From an uncultured Oligoflexales bacterium (GTDB lineage Bacteria; Bdellovibrionota_B; Oligoflexia; Oligoflexales; CAZZCU01): a stretch of 64,000 nt of DNA. The stretch lies in contig CAZZCU010000002.1 in the NCBI GenBank assembly GCA_964652825.1, forward strand, positions 33,369-97,368. Direction: 5' to 3'. A model generated the notes under the pieces. That model searched no databases. It had not been told where the DNA came from and saw only the letters and a program-made list of their open reading frames with translations. The position numbers were made by a program, and so were the translations under genes. Each line of letters opens with the position of its first letter. The stretch's first letter is position 1. Below are positions 10,076-20,655 of the stretch, piece by piece.

Positions 10076-10678
10076 ATGCAAAAACGACTTTTATACCTGG
10101 CCACCCAAAACCAGCATAAAGCGGCGGAACTCAGCGCCATCCTCGGCGAGGATCGCTGGGAGATACGCACGGCCGCGGCACTAGACCCGCAGATGAGCTG
10201 GGAGGAAAGCGGCAGCACGTTTGTGGCAAACGCACGCATCAAAGCCCTTAAACTCAAACAATATACGCAAGCCGCCGTCTTGGCTGATGATTCGGGCTTA
10301 TGCGTGGCGGCGCTGGCCGGAGCACCGGGCGTCTATTCGAGCCGCTATGCCGGTCGCGAAGGCGACGCGGCGGCGAACAACGCCAAGCTCCTACGCGAGC
10401 TCAGCGATGTATCAAGCTCGCGCCGCATGGCTGAGTTTGTCTGCTGTTTGTATTTTATCGATGAACAGGATAGACCAGCGACGTTCACCGGCAGCTGCCG
10501 CGGACTGATTCTCGACCGCTCACGTGGCGAGCAAGGTTTTGGCTACGATCCGTTGTTTTATCTGCCCACGCACGGCAAGACCATGGCCGAACTCAGCAGC
10601 AACGAGAAAAATGAAATCAGTCATCGCGGACAAGCACTGAAAGCATTTCAGGCCAGTATCCCCCACGGTCCAATCTAA
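10076..10678 (+). CDS. rdgB: non-canonical purine NTP pyrophosphatase (RdgB/HAM1 family)
   Basis: 200 aa. Motifs ATQNQHKAAEL, DDSGLCV.AL.GAPGVYS.RY, GFGYDPLF and SHRGQA are present. Confidence 0.9.
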   Translation: MQKRLLYLATQNQHKAAELSAILGEDRWEIRTAAALDPQMSWEESGSTFVANARIKALKLKQYTQAAVLADDSGLCVAALAGAPGVYSSRYAGREGDAAANNAKLLRELSDVSSSRRMAEFVCCLYFIDEQDRPATFTGSCRGLILDRSRGEQGFGYDPLFYLPTHGKTMAELSSNEKNEISHRGQALKAFQASIPHGPI

Positions 10679-10688
10679 GGGTGACGTC

Positions 10689-11660
10689 TTATTTCAACGC
10701 CCGCAGTTTTTTCTCGGCATCGGCTTTGTAGAGGCGATACTCTTTGCTGGTATGAATATAGCCAAAATCAGGATTGTTGAGCGATTGCGTCAACTCGGCT
10801 TTATACTTGCGGGGCTCAAGCAAATAACTATTAAGCAACAACACCGAATCACCGGGGCGGTTCAGCTTGGCGTAACAGCGTGCCAGTAAAAAATTGCTTT
10901 TACGTATCGTTGGTTCTTCGTCAGCCCAGGTTTGCTTACGCAAATATTTCTCGTGAATCGTCTCAAGCGGCGGTATGGCTTTGGGACAAGCATCAAGGCG
11001 ACGATAGGCAGCGGCGAGTTTGAACAAACCAAGAATATCAAGCTCATCTTTGGCGCGCGCGGCTTCAAAATGTTTGGCGGCAATCGCAAATTTTTTCTTC
11101 GCCAGAGCGTCTTCGGCCTGTTTATAATTTTCTGATTTCTCGGCTTTCTGTCGCGCCTGGTTGCCAGCCTGCTTGGCGGTAGCGCCAAGAGGTTTAAGCT
11201 CGGTAAATATATAACTTGAGTTGAGCAGGCAAGGCGCCTCGGCCGCCCCATCGCAGCAGACTTCATTGAGCTGCCCCGAATAACGATAACCAATCGCACC
11301 CTCGCACGAGCCTTTACCAGGTGGCACGAACAAGAAGACATTTTCACCAAACAACGCACCTTTATCATCGCTGAGCCCGGTGCGAACTGCTTGCGAGTTC
11401 ACAACCTTGCCGCGCATCATCACGCCGCGATAAGAACTGAAAAACGCCGCCCGCGATTTGGCGTCGAGCTCACGGATCTGTTTAAAACGATCTTCCTGCA
11501 GATTGAACGAGGTATTGGGATCAATAGCATTGCAGCTATGAACATCAACAGCAATCGGACCTTTGATCAGCGTCAGACAAGCGCCAAAGCTAACGCCCGC
11601 CGTCGATAAGGCAAACACGAGAACGCCGATTCTGGCAAAAAAACAAAGCTGGCGAATCAT
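10689..11660 (-). CDS. secreted protein with Cys-rich N-terminal half and TPR-like C-terminal half
   Basis: I prefer the ATG at 11660 because it forms an ATGA overlap with the upstream VWA gene stop. That start gives MIRQLCFFARIGVLVFALSTAGVSFGAC..., a signal peptide. The C-terminal part has helical repeats (AAKHFEAARAKD.., LLARCYAKLNRPGDSV). Confidence 0.6.
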   Translation of the reverse strand: MIRQLCFFARIGVLVFALSTAGVSFGACLTLIKGPIAVDVHSCNAIDPNTSFNLQEDRFKQIRELDAKSRAAFFSSYRGVMMRGKVVNSQAVRTGLSDDKGALFGENVFLFVPPGKGSCEGAIGYRYSGQLNEVCCDGAAEAPCLLNSSYIFTELKPLGATAKQAGNQARQKAEKSENYKQAEDALAKKKFAIAAKHFEAARAKDELDILGLFKLAAAYRRLDACPKAIPPLETIHEKYLRKQTWADEEPTIRKSNFLLARCYAKLNRPGDSVLLLNSYLLEPRKYKAELTQSLNNPDFGYIHTSKEYRLYKADAEKKLRALK

Positions 11661-12784
11661 TCGTGGTAATCTTCCTTCCACACGATTGTACCAGAATTCT
11701 CAAACGTATGTCCAAAGCGGTCCCAGTAGCTGAAATGTAATTCCAGGCCATCAGGCGCGGCTGCTGGATCGATTTTAAACGACGGTGCTTTGAATTGACC
11801 GTTGCCGATGTGCGGCGTCAGATCGATATCCGTCCACGCTGCCTCGCCTGCAGCACGATACTGCAACGTGCCGCCTTGAATATCGTTACTGGCCAGCTTG
11901 GCCAGAACTTTCGCCAGCTGCGACGAATTAGCCGCATGCGCATGATAAGGTTTGTTGGCGGCGTCACGTGACGCGATATATTCGCGCATGACGACATCGT
12001 TGGCGCTGCCCAGCATCACCGTGGCAACAGAGGCGGCCTTGCGAATTTCTCGTGACATGGCGATACCATCATATTGCGCGGGATCAGGAACGCCGTCGGA
12101 AATAAAATAAATCTCCTGCACTGCTTCGGCGCGCTTGGTTGCTTTCAACAAATCCCAGCCACCACGCAAGCCTTCGTCATAATTGGTATCACCACTGCCA
12201 GCACAGATAATTTGCGAGATATGCGATTTGCCGGAGCCGGCAATGAGATCCGTAAACAAGTCACTCTCATTGGCAAACATCGTCGAAGACGCCGCGACTT
12301 TAGCTGATGAAAAGGTGACGACACCAAAACGCGTATCACCGTTCTTGGCAGCTAATTCCATCACATCATGAATCGCGGCAAGACGGCCGCACGAATTACT
12401 GCGTAACGGATCAGCGCCCGCAAAAAGCAAACCGCCCGTCATCGAGCCAGACACGTCGATAACAAATATAATATCGCGCTTGGTTTTAGGCGGCGCGCAC
12501 AACTTGCCACTAACGGTCACGGGCTTGCCGCCAAACTTAAACCGCGAGAGAGTGTGCGGACCGATACCTTCGATAGTATTTTCGTTCGCATCAGCCGTCG
12601 CTTGCGCTTCTTGTCCGGCATCACAACCCCATAGCCATTGCAGACTATCAGGTGTCGGAACAGGATTTTGATCGGAAGACGACTGCGTTCCGGTGTTACC
12701 GCTAAATTCATTGCTGCCACAACCAGCCGCGCTTATACCGGCGACCATAGCCAGTACCATCGTCGTTTGACGCCAGATTTTCAT
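11657..12784 (-). CDS. von Willebrand factor A (VWA) domain lipoprotein
   Basis: Signal peptide with lipobox (GISAAGC). MIDAS motif DIIFVIDVSGSM. Confidence 0.8.
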   Translation of the reverse strand: MKIWRQTTMVLAMVAGISAAGCGSNEFSGNTGTQSSSDQNPVPTPDSLQWLWGCDAGQEAQATADANENTIEGIGPHTLSRFKFGGKPVTVSGKLCAPPKTKRDIIFVIDVSGSMTGGLLFAGADPLRSNSCGRLAAIHDVMELAAKNGDTRFGVVTFSSAKVAASSTMFANESDLFTDLIAGSGKSHISQIICAGSGDTNYDEGLRGGWDLLKATKRAEAVQEIYFISDGVPDPAQYDGIAMSREIRKAASVATVMLGSANDVVMREYIASRDAANKPYHAHAANSSQLAKVLAKLASNDIQGGTLQYRAAGEAAWTDIDLTPHIGNGQFKAPSFKIDPAAAPDGLELHFSYWDRFGHTFENSGTIVWKEDYHE

Positions 12785-12937
12785 AAAAGATGCTCCTCTA
12801 AATCACGCGCATAGCGAAAAGCGCAGCTGCCTGGGTCTTCGGCAAATATTGGCGAAACTTTAACTTATCCATCTAAGGACTTCATTTTCAGCTGGTTACC
12901 GACAAATCTATGGCCATAACTATTCATAATTTTTACT

Positions 12938-12963
12938 TAAATTTTTTTTTAAGCTGCCGAAAA
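12938..12963 (+). promoter_or_regulatory. weaker sigma-28-like promoter candidate
   Basis: The sequence is TAAATTTT-N10-GCCGAAAA. The -10 element matches 7/8 and the spacer is one nt short. It lies 76 nt upstream of the 13039 start. Confidence 0.3.
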
Positions 12964-13038
12964 CAAAGCTGAAGACTGGTTGGTTCGCGGGGTTTATTAA
13001 ACGCCCGTCTGAAGCCGCCACACTCGAAAGGATGATTT

Positions 13039-13593
13039 ATGTTGAACGCATGGATGCGCAAAATTACTTTCTTGAGTTTCTTCGTCGCGGCTCTCAGCTG
13101 CTCCAGTCAGGAGACGGAAGTCGAAGAGCCGGTTACCGACGAAAACACCGAGGAAGCCGCGAACGCCGATGAAGAAAACGGCGTGGCAGAAGTGGAGACT
13201 AACAGTGCCGAGGCAACGCCGGTAGAACCGATGGAGAACGCCGTGGTTACTGATGAGTCGGCTTCGCCGCTACCCGCCCACGAAACCTCGATAAGCCCGG
13301 AGTTTGGCGCTGCTGATGCCATGGCATCCAACGCGACGACTAGAGCGACACCCGTGGTGGTGGAAACACCAATGAGTGACGGCAGCCAATTGGTTATGTA
13401 TGTCAGACAATCGGGAACCAGCGTTTATAGTCAGCCGGATGGCAGCGCGACGTTTCAGTTGGAAAAGGGCGATCACATCCTGGTAACCGTCGAGGGCAAT
13501 TGGGCCCGCACGCCAAGCGGCCAGTTCATCAAATTGAATGAACTGACACAGCTATCTACCGGTCGCGACCGCACCGGCGGCGAGTGGAAGTAA
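13039..13593 (+). CDS. lipoprotein with acidic linker and SH3-like C-terminal domain
   Basis: Lipobox (VAALSC). Glu/Asp-rich low-complexity region. The C-terminal part (VYSQPDGSATFQLEKGDHILVTVEGNWAR) resembles bacterial SH3. Confidence 0.5.
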   Translation: MLNAWMRKITFLSFFVAALSCSSQETEVEEPVTDENTEEAANADEENGVAEVETNSAEATPVEPMENAVVTDESASPLPAHETSISPEFGAADAMASNATTRATPVVVETPMSDGSQLVMYVRQSGTSVYSQPDGSATFQLEKGDHILVTVEGNWARTPSGQFIKLNELTQLSTGRDRTGGEWK

Positions 13594-13640
13594 ACACGGA
13601 AGACTGCTAGAGTCACCTGCGCCGCTTTTATGCTAAGCTG

Positions 13641-14456
13641 TTGTTTATGCAACAGCTAAACCCTCTGCAACCACATGAACGTCTCGTCACCCTGGTTGGT
13701 CAGGCCGCAATGCGCCCGATCAGCAACCTGGGACGCTTTGTTTTATTCAGCGGCGAGACCTTCCGTCGCATGGTTTCACCGCCGATCAGCCTCGAACTAC
13801 TGCTGCGGCAGATGGAATTCGTCGGCAATCGGAGCCTGGGTGTCGCCCTGTTGGCCGGCACGATGGTCGGTGCGATTTTCGGCTTCCAGCTGGGCGAGAT
13901 TTTCCGGATTTTTGGCGCCGAGTCGATGATTGGCGCCGCCGCCGGCTTTACCCTCTCCAAAGAACTGGCACCCGTGGTCGGCTCGATGCTAGTCACCGGC
14001 CGCGCCGGCTCGGCGATGGCAGCCGAGATAGCGACCATGCGTGTCAACGAACAGATCGATGCCATGCGCGTCATGGCGGTCAATCCCTACAGCTACCTGA
14101 TCGCACCGCGCGTGTGTGCCTCGATTCTGATGATGCCGTTGATCGCGGCGCTGTTTATTCTAAGCGGGGTATTCGCGGCGTTTATTATCGGCGTGTCTTT
14201 CTATGACGTCGACGTCGGCGTCTTCTTTGACAAAATCCTCTGGATCGTCGAGCCCAACCATCTCTTCCAAGGCCTACAGAAGGCGGCGATTTTCGGTGCT
14301 ATCTTGTCGCTGGTCGGCTGCTACCAGGGCTTCTTTGCCCAAGGTGGCGCCAAAGGCGTCGGCCGTGCCACCACTGCCGCCGTGGTCATCTCGCTAGTGA
14401 CAATTCTCGTCACGGACTTTATCGTCAGCTACTTCCAATATCAAAGCGGCACTTAA
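13641..14456 (+). CDS. mlaE: MlaE/YrbE-family ABC transporter permease
   Basis: 271 aa, multi-TM. The pattern ...LGVALLAGTMVGAIFGFQ...LAPVVGSMLVTGRAGSAMAAEIATMRVNEQIDAMRVMAVNP... is typical of MlaE. Confidence 0.85.
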   Translation: MFMQQLNPLQPHERLVTLVGQAAMRPISNLGRFVLFSGETFRRMVSPPISLELLLRQMEFVGNRSLGVALLAGTMVGAIFGFQLGEIFRIFGAESMIGAAAGFTLSKELAPVVGSMLVTGRAGSAMAAEIATMRVNEQIDAMRVMAVNPYSYLIAPRVCASILMMPLIAALFILSGVFAAFIIGVSFYDVDVGVFFDKILWIVEPNHLFQGLQKAAIFGAILSLVGCYQGFFAQGGAKGVGRATTAAVVISLVTILVTDFIVSYFQYQSGT

Positions 14457-14517
14457 CAGCGGATAGCTTTCGCGTCATAGTGATGGTAGGGAATGAAAGG
14501 CGGAGGAGCTGATAGTC

Positions 14518-16959
14518 ATGGCTAATGATGCGGTTGAGCAAAACCAGACGGACACCTATCCTTTTAAAGACATCGAAAGAAAATGGCAAACCTACTGGCT
14601 GGAAAACAAAACCTTTAAAACGCCGGATGTTTCCCCCAAACCAAAATACTATGTTCTCGATATGTTCCCTTATCCCTCCGGCGATGGTCTCCACGTTGGT
14701 CATCCCGAAGGTTACACTGCCACTGATATCGTCGCCCGCTACAAACGCATGCGCGGTTTTAATGTCCTGCATCCGATGGGTTGGGACGCGTTTGGCTTGC
14801 CCGCCGAACAACATGCGATCAAAACCGGCACGCATCCACGCGTCACGACCACGCGCAATATCAATCGCTTTCGCGAGCAGATTCGCTCTCTGGGACTATC
14901 CTATGACTGGGACCGCGAAATCGATACGACCGCCGAGGATTACTACAAGTGGACGCAGTGGATTTTCCTCAAGTTATTTGAACGCGGACTCGCTTACGAA
15001 TCAAACGAGCCGGTCAACTGGTGTCCTGCACTGGGAACCGTTCTCGCCAACGAGGAAGTGATCGACGGTAAATCGGAAGTCGGTGACCATCCCGTAATCA
15101 AAAAACCGATGCGTCAGTGGGTCCTGAAGATCACCGCTTATGCTGAGCGTCTGCTCAATGATTTGGAACTCGTCGATTGGCCCGAGCCGATCAAGGAGAT
15201 GCAACGTAACTGGATCGGTCGCAGCGAGGGTGCTGATATTGATTTTACGATTGACGGTCACGCCGATGCCAAGCTTTCGGTCTTCACGACCCGCCCCGAT
15301 ACACTCTTTGGCGCCACCTTTATGGTAATCGCGCCAGAGCATCCTCTGGTTGCACGCATCACGACCGCGCAACAAAAAACCGCTGTCGAGGCCTATGTTG
15401 GTGCGGCCAAAAACAAGTCCGAGCGGGAGCGACTCCAAGACACCAAGAAAACCGGAGTCAACACCGGCGCATTTGCGATCAATCCAGCCAACAAAACCAA
15501 GCTGCCGATCTTTATTGCTGATTATGTTTTGGCGTCGTATGGCAAAGGCGCGATCATGGCGGTGCCTGGTCACGACGAACGCGATCACGAATTCGCCACG
15601 ATGTTTTCGCTGCCGATCGTGCGTGTTCTCACCGGCGGTGACGAGCCGGATATCCAAATCGCCGCCCACACAGGCGATGGTACGTTGATCAACTCCGGAT
15701 TTCTCGACGGCATGAATAAGACAGCGGCGATCGAGAAAATGTGCGCATGGCTGGAAAGTCAAAAACTCGGCAAGCGCACGGTAACTTACAAATTGCGGGA
15801 TTGGTTGTTCTCTCGCCAACGCTATTGGGGCGAACCTATTCCCCTGGTGCACGATAAAAACGGTAAGGTCATCGCTGTGTCAGCGGAGGAACTACCGGTT
15901 CTCCTACCCGCTCTTGAGGACTTTAAACCAACCGGCTCCGGTGAATCGCCGCTGGCTAAAGCCACTGATTGGCTTAATTACAAAAATACCGCTACGCGGG
16001 AGACCAACACCATGCCGCAATGGGCTGGCTCGTGTTGGTACTATCTTCGTTATATCGATCCACGCAATACAACGGCTGCATGGGATTGCACCAAGGAACA
16101 ATACTGGATGCCAGTAGATTTGTACGTCGGTGGTGCCGAACACGCGGTATTGCATCTGCTGTATGCGCGGTTCTGGCACAAAGTCTTGTATGATTGCCAG
16201 CTCGTTTCCACCAAAGAGCCTTTTCATAAGCTGGTCAACCAAGGCATGATTCTCGGCGACAACGGCGAAAAAATGTCGAAAAGCCGAGGCAATGTCGTCA
16301 ACCCGGATGATGTTATCCGCGAGTGGGGCGCCGACTCGATGCGCCTCTATGAAATGTTCATGGGACCACTGGAAGCCGCAAAACCCTGGCAGACACAAGG
16401 TATTGCCGGCTGTCATCGATTTTTACGCCGGGTATGGCGTCTGCTGCTCGATACCAACAATCAACTCAATCCCAGCCTGCGCACGCATGAGGATTCAGAG
16501 ACTCTGAATAAAGCGCTGCACAAAACCATCAAAAAAGTCAGCGAAGACACCGAGAGCATGCGTTTTAACACTGCCATCGCCGCCATGATGGAATTCACCA
16601 ATCTTGCTTATAAAGAAGGCGGCGTCAGTATGAACACCGCCAACATTCTGACGCTGTTGCTGGCGCCTTACGCTCCGCATATGGCCGAGGAGCTTTGGGT
16701 TCTGCTGGGTAACAAGCCGTCTTTAGCTTATCAGGAATGGCCCAGTTACGACGCTCGTCTGGTGGTCGAGGATCAGGTGACGCTTAGTATCCAGGTAAAC
16801 GGTAAATTACGCGACACATTGCAGGTCGAAAAAAATCTCGCAAAAGATGCCGTCATTCAAGCTGCTTTGGCGCTTGATGCGGTGCAACGACACATCGCAG
16901 GCAAAGCCATAAAACGCGAGATTTACGTGCCGGGAAAAATCGTTAATTTCGTGGTTTAA
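14518..16959 (+). CDS. leuS: leucine--tRNA ligase
   Basis: 813 aa. HIGH-type motif ([12 protein letters not shown]) and KMSKS motif ([10 protein letters not shown]). GGAGGAG Shine-Dalgarno upstream. Confidence 0.97.
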   Translation: MANDAVEQNQTDTYPFKDIERKWQTYWLENKTFKTPDVSPKPKYYVLDMFPYPSGDGLHVGHPEGYTATDIVARYKRMRGFNVLHPMGWDAFGLPAEQHAIKTGTHPRVTTTRNINRFREQIRSLGLSYDWDREIDTTAEDYYKWTQWIFLKLFERGLAYESNEPVNWCPALGTVLANEEVIDGKSEVGDHPVIKKPMRQWVLKITAYAERLLNDLELVDWPEPIKEMQRNWIGRSEGADIDFTIDGHADAKLSVFTTRPDTLFGATFMVIAPEHPLVARITTAQQKTAVEAYVGAAKNKSERERLQDTKKTGVNTGAFAINPANKTKLPIFIADYVLASYGKGAIMAVPGHDERDHEFATMFSLPIVRVLTGGDEPDIQIAAHTGDGTLINSGFLDGMNKTAAIEKMCAWLESQKLGKRTVTYKLRDWLFSRQRYWGEPIPLVHDKNGKVIAVSAEELPVLLPALEDFKPTGSGESPLAKATDWLNYKNTATRETNTMPQWAGSCWYYLRYIDPRNTTAAWDCTKEQYWMPVDLYVGGAEHAVLHLLYARFWHKVLYDCQLVSTKEPFHKLVNQGMILGDNGEKMSKSRGNVVNPDDVIREWGADSMRLYEMFMGPLEAAKPWQTQGIAGCHRFLRRVWRLLLDTNNQLNPSLRTHEDSETLNKALHKTIKKVSEDTESMRFNTAIAAMMEFTNLAYKEGGVSMNTANILTLLLAPYAPHMAEELWVLLGNKPSLAYQEWPSYDARLVVEDQVTLSIQVNGKLRDTLQVEKNLAKDAVIQAALALDAVQRHIAGKAIKREIYVPGKIVNFVV

Positions 16960-17098
16960 TTAGGAGATCCTTCGCTGCGCTCAGGATGACGGGTCGCGCT
17001 GATGATATTTTGCCTAGTCGACTCGCCGCCGCCCACCCTTTGCTAGAATAAGACTATAGAGTTTTTCGCGTCTTAAACCGCTTGTTTGTGGTTTTATC

Positions 17099-19144
17099 TT
17101 GCACATCGATTTTCCCAAAATGAATCATGAGCGGATGCAGCGCCGTGTCATCGCCAGCGTTATCACGTTGACGATGATCGTGTTGTTCACTTTTTTTTAT
17201 GTCGGCACTCTTGATTACGCTCAAGATCGCACGCGGGCACTGTTGCGAACCGTGGAGCAAGAGACCGGCTTACGCATCAAAATCACCGAGCATCAATTCA
17301 ATATGCACGGCGCGCGCTTTGATGATGTAAGCATCGATCGCGGCGAAGTTGGCAAGATCGGCTCGATTCTCGCCGAACTCGGCCTCAACCCATTCGGCGC
17401 GCAATTCGGTAGAATCAAAAAACTACGTATCAAGGATTTGAACATCAACACCGACATGACTTATCTGCATAATTATTTGCAGACACGTCTCAAACAAAAA
17501 ACCAAAGAAACGAACGAAGAAAAACGCGGCAAGCGTCGTCTACCACAAGAAGTTCTACTTAATAACGCACACATTCAAATTCATGATTACAATAAGCAAC
17601 TCCTGCTGACACTTGATGACGTCGACGCGCAACTCGCGCTTAAAGACGGCAAGTTGATCTTCCGGATCGCTGCAATTCACTATCGTAATGAGCAACTCAC
17701 CGGCGAGATCAGCGGCCAAGTTGATATTATCGATACTCTATCCTATCTGCCATTCAGCATTGAGAGCAATGAACACGAACACTCCTGGCAGATCAGCGGC
17801 AAACTTAAACGTGATTTTACCGGCCTCAATCTCGCCACATCCTTTCGCGGCTTAAAAGGACCACTAGCTGACTTCATACGTCGCGTCGTCCCACGACCAG
17901 AAACGCTGGCCGGCAGTGTTTCGGCAACGTTCGCCATCGACCGACCACGCAACCAGATTCGCTATCTGACCAACATCGATATCAAGCAAGGAACTTTCTA
18001 TCACCCCGTCGCGGCCGCTCAGCCATTCGCACTGCCGATGCGTTTAAAAGCACGCGGCAGCGCAGCTCTGGACGCAAGCCAGTTCAGTATCGACGATGGT
18101 CTGATTGCCGTTCGCGGCGACGACGAGAACAACCTGGTCGATAAGATAAAAATCTGGTTCAACGCCAAACATGCAAAGACACCGCATAACAACAAACTCG
18201 ACGTCGCCATCCATATTCCAACAACACGCTGCCAGGATGCACTTGATGCTTTGCCTGACAACGCCGCCGCCAGCATCAAGGACTTTAGTCTCGGCGGAGA
18301 TCTGCAAGTCGCCGCCAATCTCTCCATGGATTTACAGACACCAGAAAAATTCGCGCTGAATGTCAGCGACTACAACTGGACCTGCTATGCCGCCAAAACC
18401 CCTTTTGCGTACTCGCGCGAGCGCCTTGCACAAAGTTTTTTGTTCCAAAATCCTTATGAAGCCGGCGTTACTCGCGCCATCGACACCAATACCAGCAATG
18501 CGCAATACACCAGCCTGTCACAAATTACTGAGAACGTAAAACTCGCCGTGTTGGGCGCCGAGGATCTTAATTACTGGGCTCACAACGGTTTTGAAACCAA
18601 TCAACTGATCAACGCTCTGCGCGAAAACTTAAAGCAGCAACGCATCGCTATCGGTGGCTCAACGATTACGATGCAAGCCGCCAAAAATCTATTTCTCAAT
18701 CGCGAGCGCACTCTGACTCGTAAGATGCAAGAAGCCTTCTTTACCTGGCACCTGGAGCAGATACTTAGCAAGGAACGTATTCTCGAAATCTATCTCAACA
18801 TTATTGAATTCGGACCTGGTATATACGGCATCACTCAGGCCGCTCGCCATTATTTCAACAAGCTACCAACTGACCTATCGCTGTTGGAATCAACTTATCT
18901 TATTTCCACGCTGCCCAGTCCGGTGCAACGCTATCACAACTTCTGCAACGGCAAGGTTAGCCCGAACTACCAGGACATGCTCGATAAGCGCTTGGAGCGC
19001 ATGCTAAAGTTTGATCTAATTACCGCATCCGAACTTCAAACCGCCAAACGGGATCGATTGCATTTCAGTGATGCTCATCTGTATTCAAAAGAAAGCTGCC
19101 TGGCAAAAATCGCACGCCTATCGCCTGCCGTTTCCCTTCGCTAG
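17099..19144 (+). CDS. peptidoglycan glycosyltransferase (GT51) with about 430-aa N-terminal extension and no transpeptidase domain
   Basis: The C-terminal part has the GT51 motifs EDLNYWAHNGF, GGSTITMQ and RKMQEAFF. The N-terminal part has one TM helix followed by a long domain I cannot assign. The ORF-track start at 17099 is TTG. ATG 17120 (MNHERMQRR) is an alternative. Confidence 0.8.
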   Translation: MHIDFPKMNHERMQRRVIASVITLTMIVLFTFFYVGTLDYAQDRTRALLRTVEQETGLRIKITEHQFNMHGARFDDVSIDRGEVGKIGSILAELGLNPFGAQFGRIKKLRIKDLNINTDMTYLHNYLQTRLKQKTKETNEEKRGKRRLPQEVLLNNAHIQIHDYNKQLLLTLDDVDAQLALKDGKLIFRIAAIHYRNEQLTGEISGQVDIIDTLSYLPFSIESNEHEHSWQISGKLKRDFTGLNLATSFRGLKGPLADFIRRVVPRPETLAGSVSATFAIDRPRNQIRYLTNIDIKQGTFYHPVAAAQPFALPMRLKARGSAALDASQFSIDDGLIAVRGDDENNLVDKIKIWFNAKHAKTPHNNKLDVAIHIPTTRCQDALDALPDNAAASIKDFSLGGDLQVAANLSMDLQTPEKFALNVSDYNWTCYAAKTPFAYSRERLAQSFLFQNPYEAGVTRAIDTNTSNAQYTSLSQITENVKLAVLGAEDLNYWAHNGFETNQLINALRENLKQQRIAIGGSTITMQAAKNLFLNRERTLTRKMQEAFFTWHLEQILSKERILEIYLNIIEFGPGIYGITQAARHYFNKLPTDLSLLESTYLISTLPSPVQRYHNFCNGKVSPNYQDMLDKRLERMLKFDLITASELQTAKRDRLHFSDAHLYSKESCLAKIARLSPAVSLR

Positions 19145-20648
19145 CAGCTGTATAGTCATCGTTATCGCATTCGCATACATGGTTGGCGGCTGCGCCACGA
19201 TTGCCTCGCGCGAACACATTGTGCCGATCGACAGTGTGCCGCGCGGACTCGCCATCTACGAATCCAGTCAAAGTCAAACGCAAATGGGCATCACACCGTT
19301 CTTCACGGTGCTGCCACGCGCCTATCGTCAGGAACTCGCGATCGGTATCCCCGACAACAAGCAACGCGCGGTGGAACAATTCACCTGCGGCATCAACTGG
19401 ACGACCGCCGTCATCGGTAACGGCGCCGCTGGCGCACTACATGGTCTATCGGGCGGAGGTCCAGCCACGGGCCTTCTGGCTTTCGGTCTTTACAGCGGCA
19501 TTGACTTATTGACTGGTAATTTTTTTAGCTGCTCCGATGGCATTTTATTTCGGGTAAAAGTGCCGCAACAGTACCAACGCGAGCTGAAAGAGTGCCGTGT
19601 TTATCTGGTAATCCCGCCCATGGCCGATGACGAAAAGATCTCGGATTTATTAACTCAACGCTGGCTCGATAGCTGGCAAACAAATCTGCCAACCTGCGAT
19701 ACGATCGTCGACCCGGAAATCGCCAAACAACGATTGGCTTTTGTGAATCTCAATCATACGTCCAAAGTAAAGTTGGCAAATATTTCCCGCAAGAATATGG
19801 ACTACCTTGGCTATTACACTAAAGCCAATCACCTGGTAATTCTCTCGTTAACAGATGCCGATCAAGGACAGACGATCACGGCTAACGCCTACGACATGCT
19901 GTCTTTGGATGAGTTAGACTCCGGCAAATTGCCTTGGACGAAAGTGCGTGACCAACAACAAATCTCCCAAGACAGCGTGAACGAAGCCGCGAAATCAAGT
20001 TTTATCGCGCGCAGCATGAGTTTCTTCCCCAACTCCATTGCTTACCTGCCAAGCGATACCGAACTCTCTAATAACAAACTCAAAGATAAAGATCTGCACA
20101 ACCTTGATCAGCCGGTGCGACTACAAACGCTGCCCCGGGCGTTAGCAGGTCTGTCCGCATACAGCGTCTTGCATCCGGATGGTTATAACGACTGGGACCT
20201 GGTCTGGTCGCTGTGGCCACGCATCACCTCGGCGTCTCTCGATCAGAATCAAACGCTTTTTTCTGTAACGGACGGAGTAATCAATTACCGGCTGCGAGGT
20301 ATATTGATCACGCCGTTTTACGAAGGCGCTACAACACTACACACACCGATTGGTGCTGTTTCACTAGGACTTGGCATCGGCCCAACCATTGCTTATATCA
20401 GTGACAACTTCACATCAGGGCGCATGCAAGTATCCTACGGCTTCAACGTCAACATCACTTATACCGCTTTTATCACCAAGCAACTGTTTCTCAGCATCGG
20501 CGCCGATGCCATGACTTTTGATCCAAAAGGTTATCCCGTGGCTTCGGCAAAATATTTCCATCTGGATTCGCTGAATCAAGCTTGGGCAGGAATTGGTTAT
20601 TTCATCCCGGAATTGCGCACCAAAATCCGCAACTGGATGAATCGTTAA
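19068..20648 (+). CDS. hypothetical lipoprotein / outer-membrane-associated protein
   Basis: 526 aa. The N-terminus MMLICIQKKAAWQK...IVIVIAFAYMVGGC looks like a lipoprotein signal, and it is encoded only if the gene starts at 19068/19071. That start gives a 77-nt overlap with the upstream gene. Confidence 0.5.
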   Translation: MMLICIQKKAAWQKSHAYRLPFPFASSCIVIVIAFAYMVGGCATIASREHIVPIDSVPRGLAIYESSQSQTQMGITPFFTVLPRAYRQELAIGIPDNKQRAVEQFTCGINWTTAVIGNGAAGALHGLSGGGPATGLLAFGLYSGIDLLTGNFFSCSDGILFRVKVPQQYQRELKECRVYLVIPPMADDEKISDLLTQRWLDSWQTNLPTCDTIVDPEIAKQRLAFVNLNHTSKVKLANISRKNMDYLGYYTKANHLVILSLTDADQGQTITANAYDMLSLDELDSGKLPWTKVRDQQQISQDSVNEAAKSSFIARSMSFFPNSIAYLPSDTELSNNKLKDKDLHNLDQPVRLQTLPRALAGLSAYSVLHPDGYNDWDLVWSLWPRITSASLDQNQTLFSVTDGVINYRLRGILITPFYEGATTLHTPIGAVSLGLGIGPTIAYISDNFTSGRMQVSYGFNVNITYTAFITKQLFLSIGADAMTFDPKGYPVASAKYFHLDSLNQAWAGIGYFIPELRTKIRNWMNR

Positions 20649-20655
20649 GTAACTA

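Noticed and set aside
16965-16976. The 12-mer GAGATCCTTCGC occurs just after the leuS stop and again just after the REC-TPR gene stop (about 54064).
   Set aside because: There are only two copies and they are short, which is within chance expectation. There is no extended similarity and no convincing hairpin. I would reconsider only if a genome-wide search shows a REP-like family.
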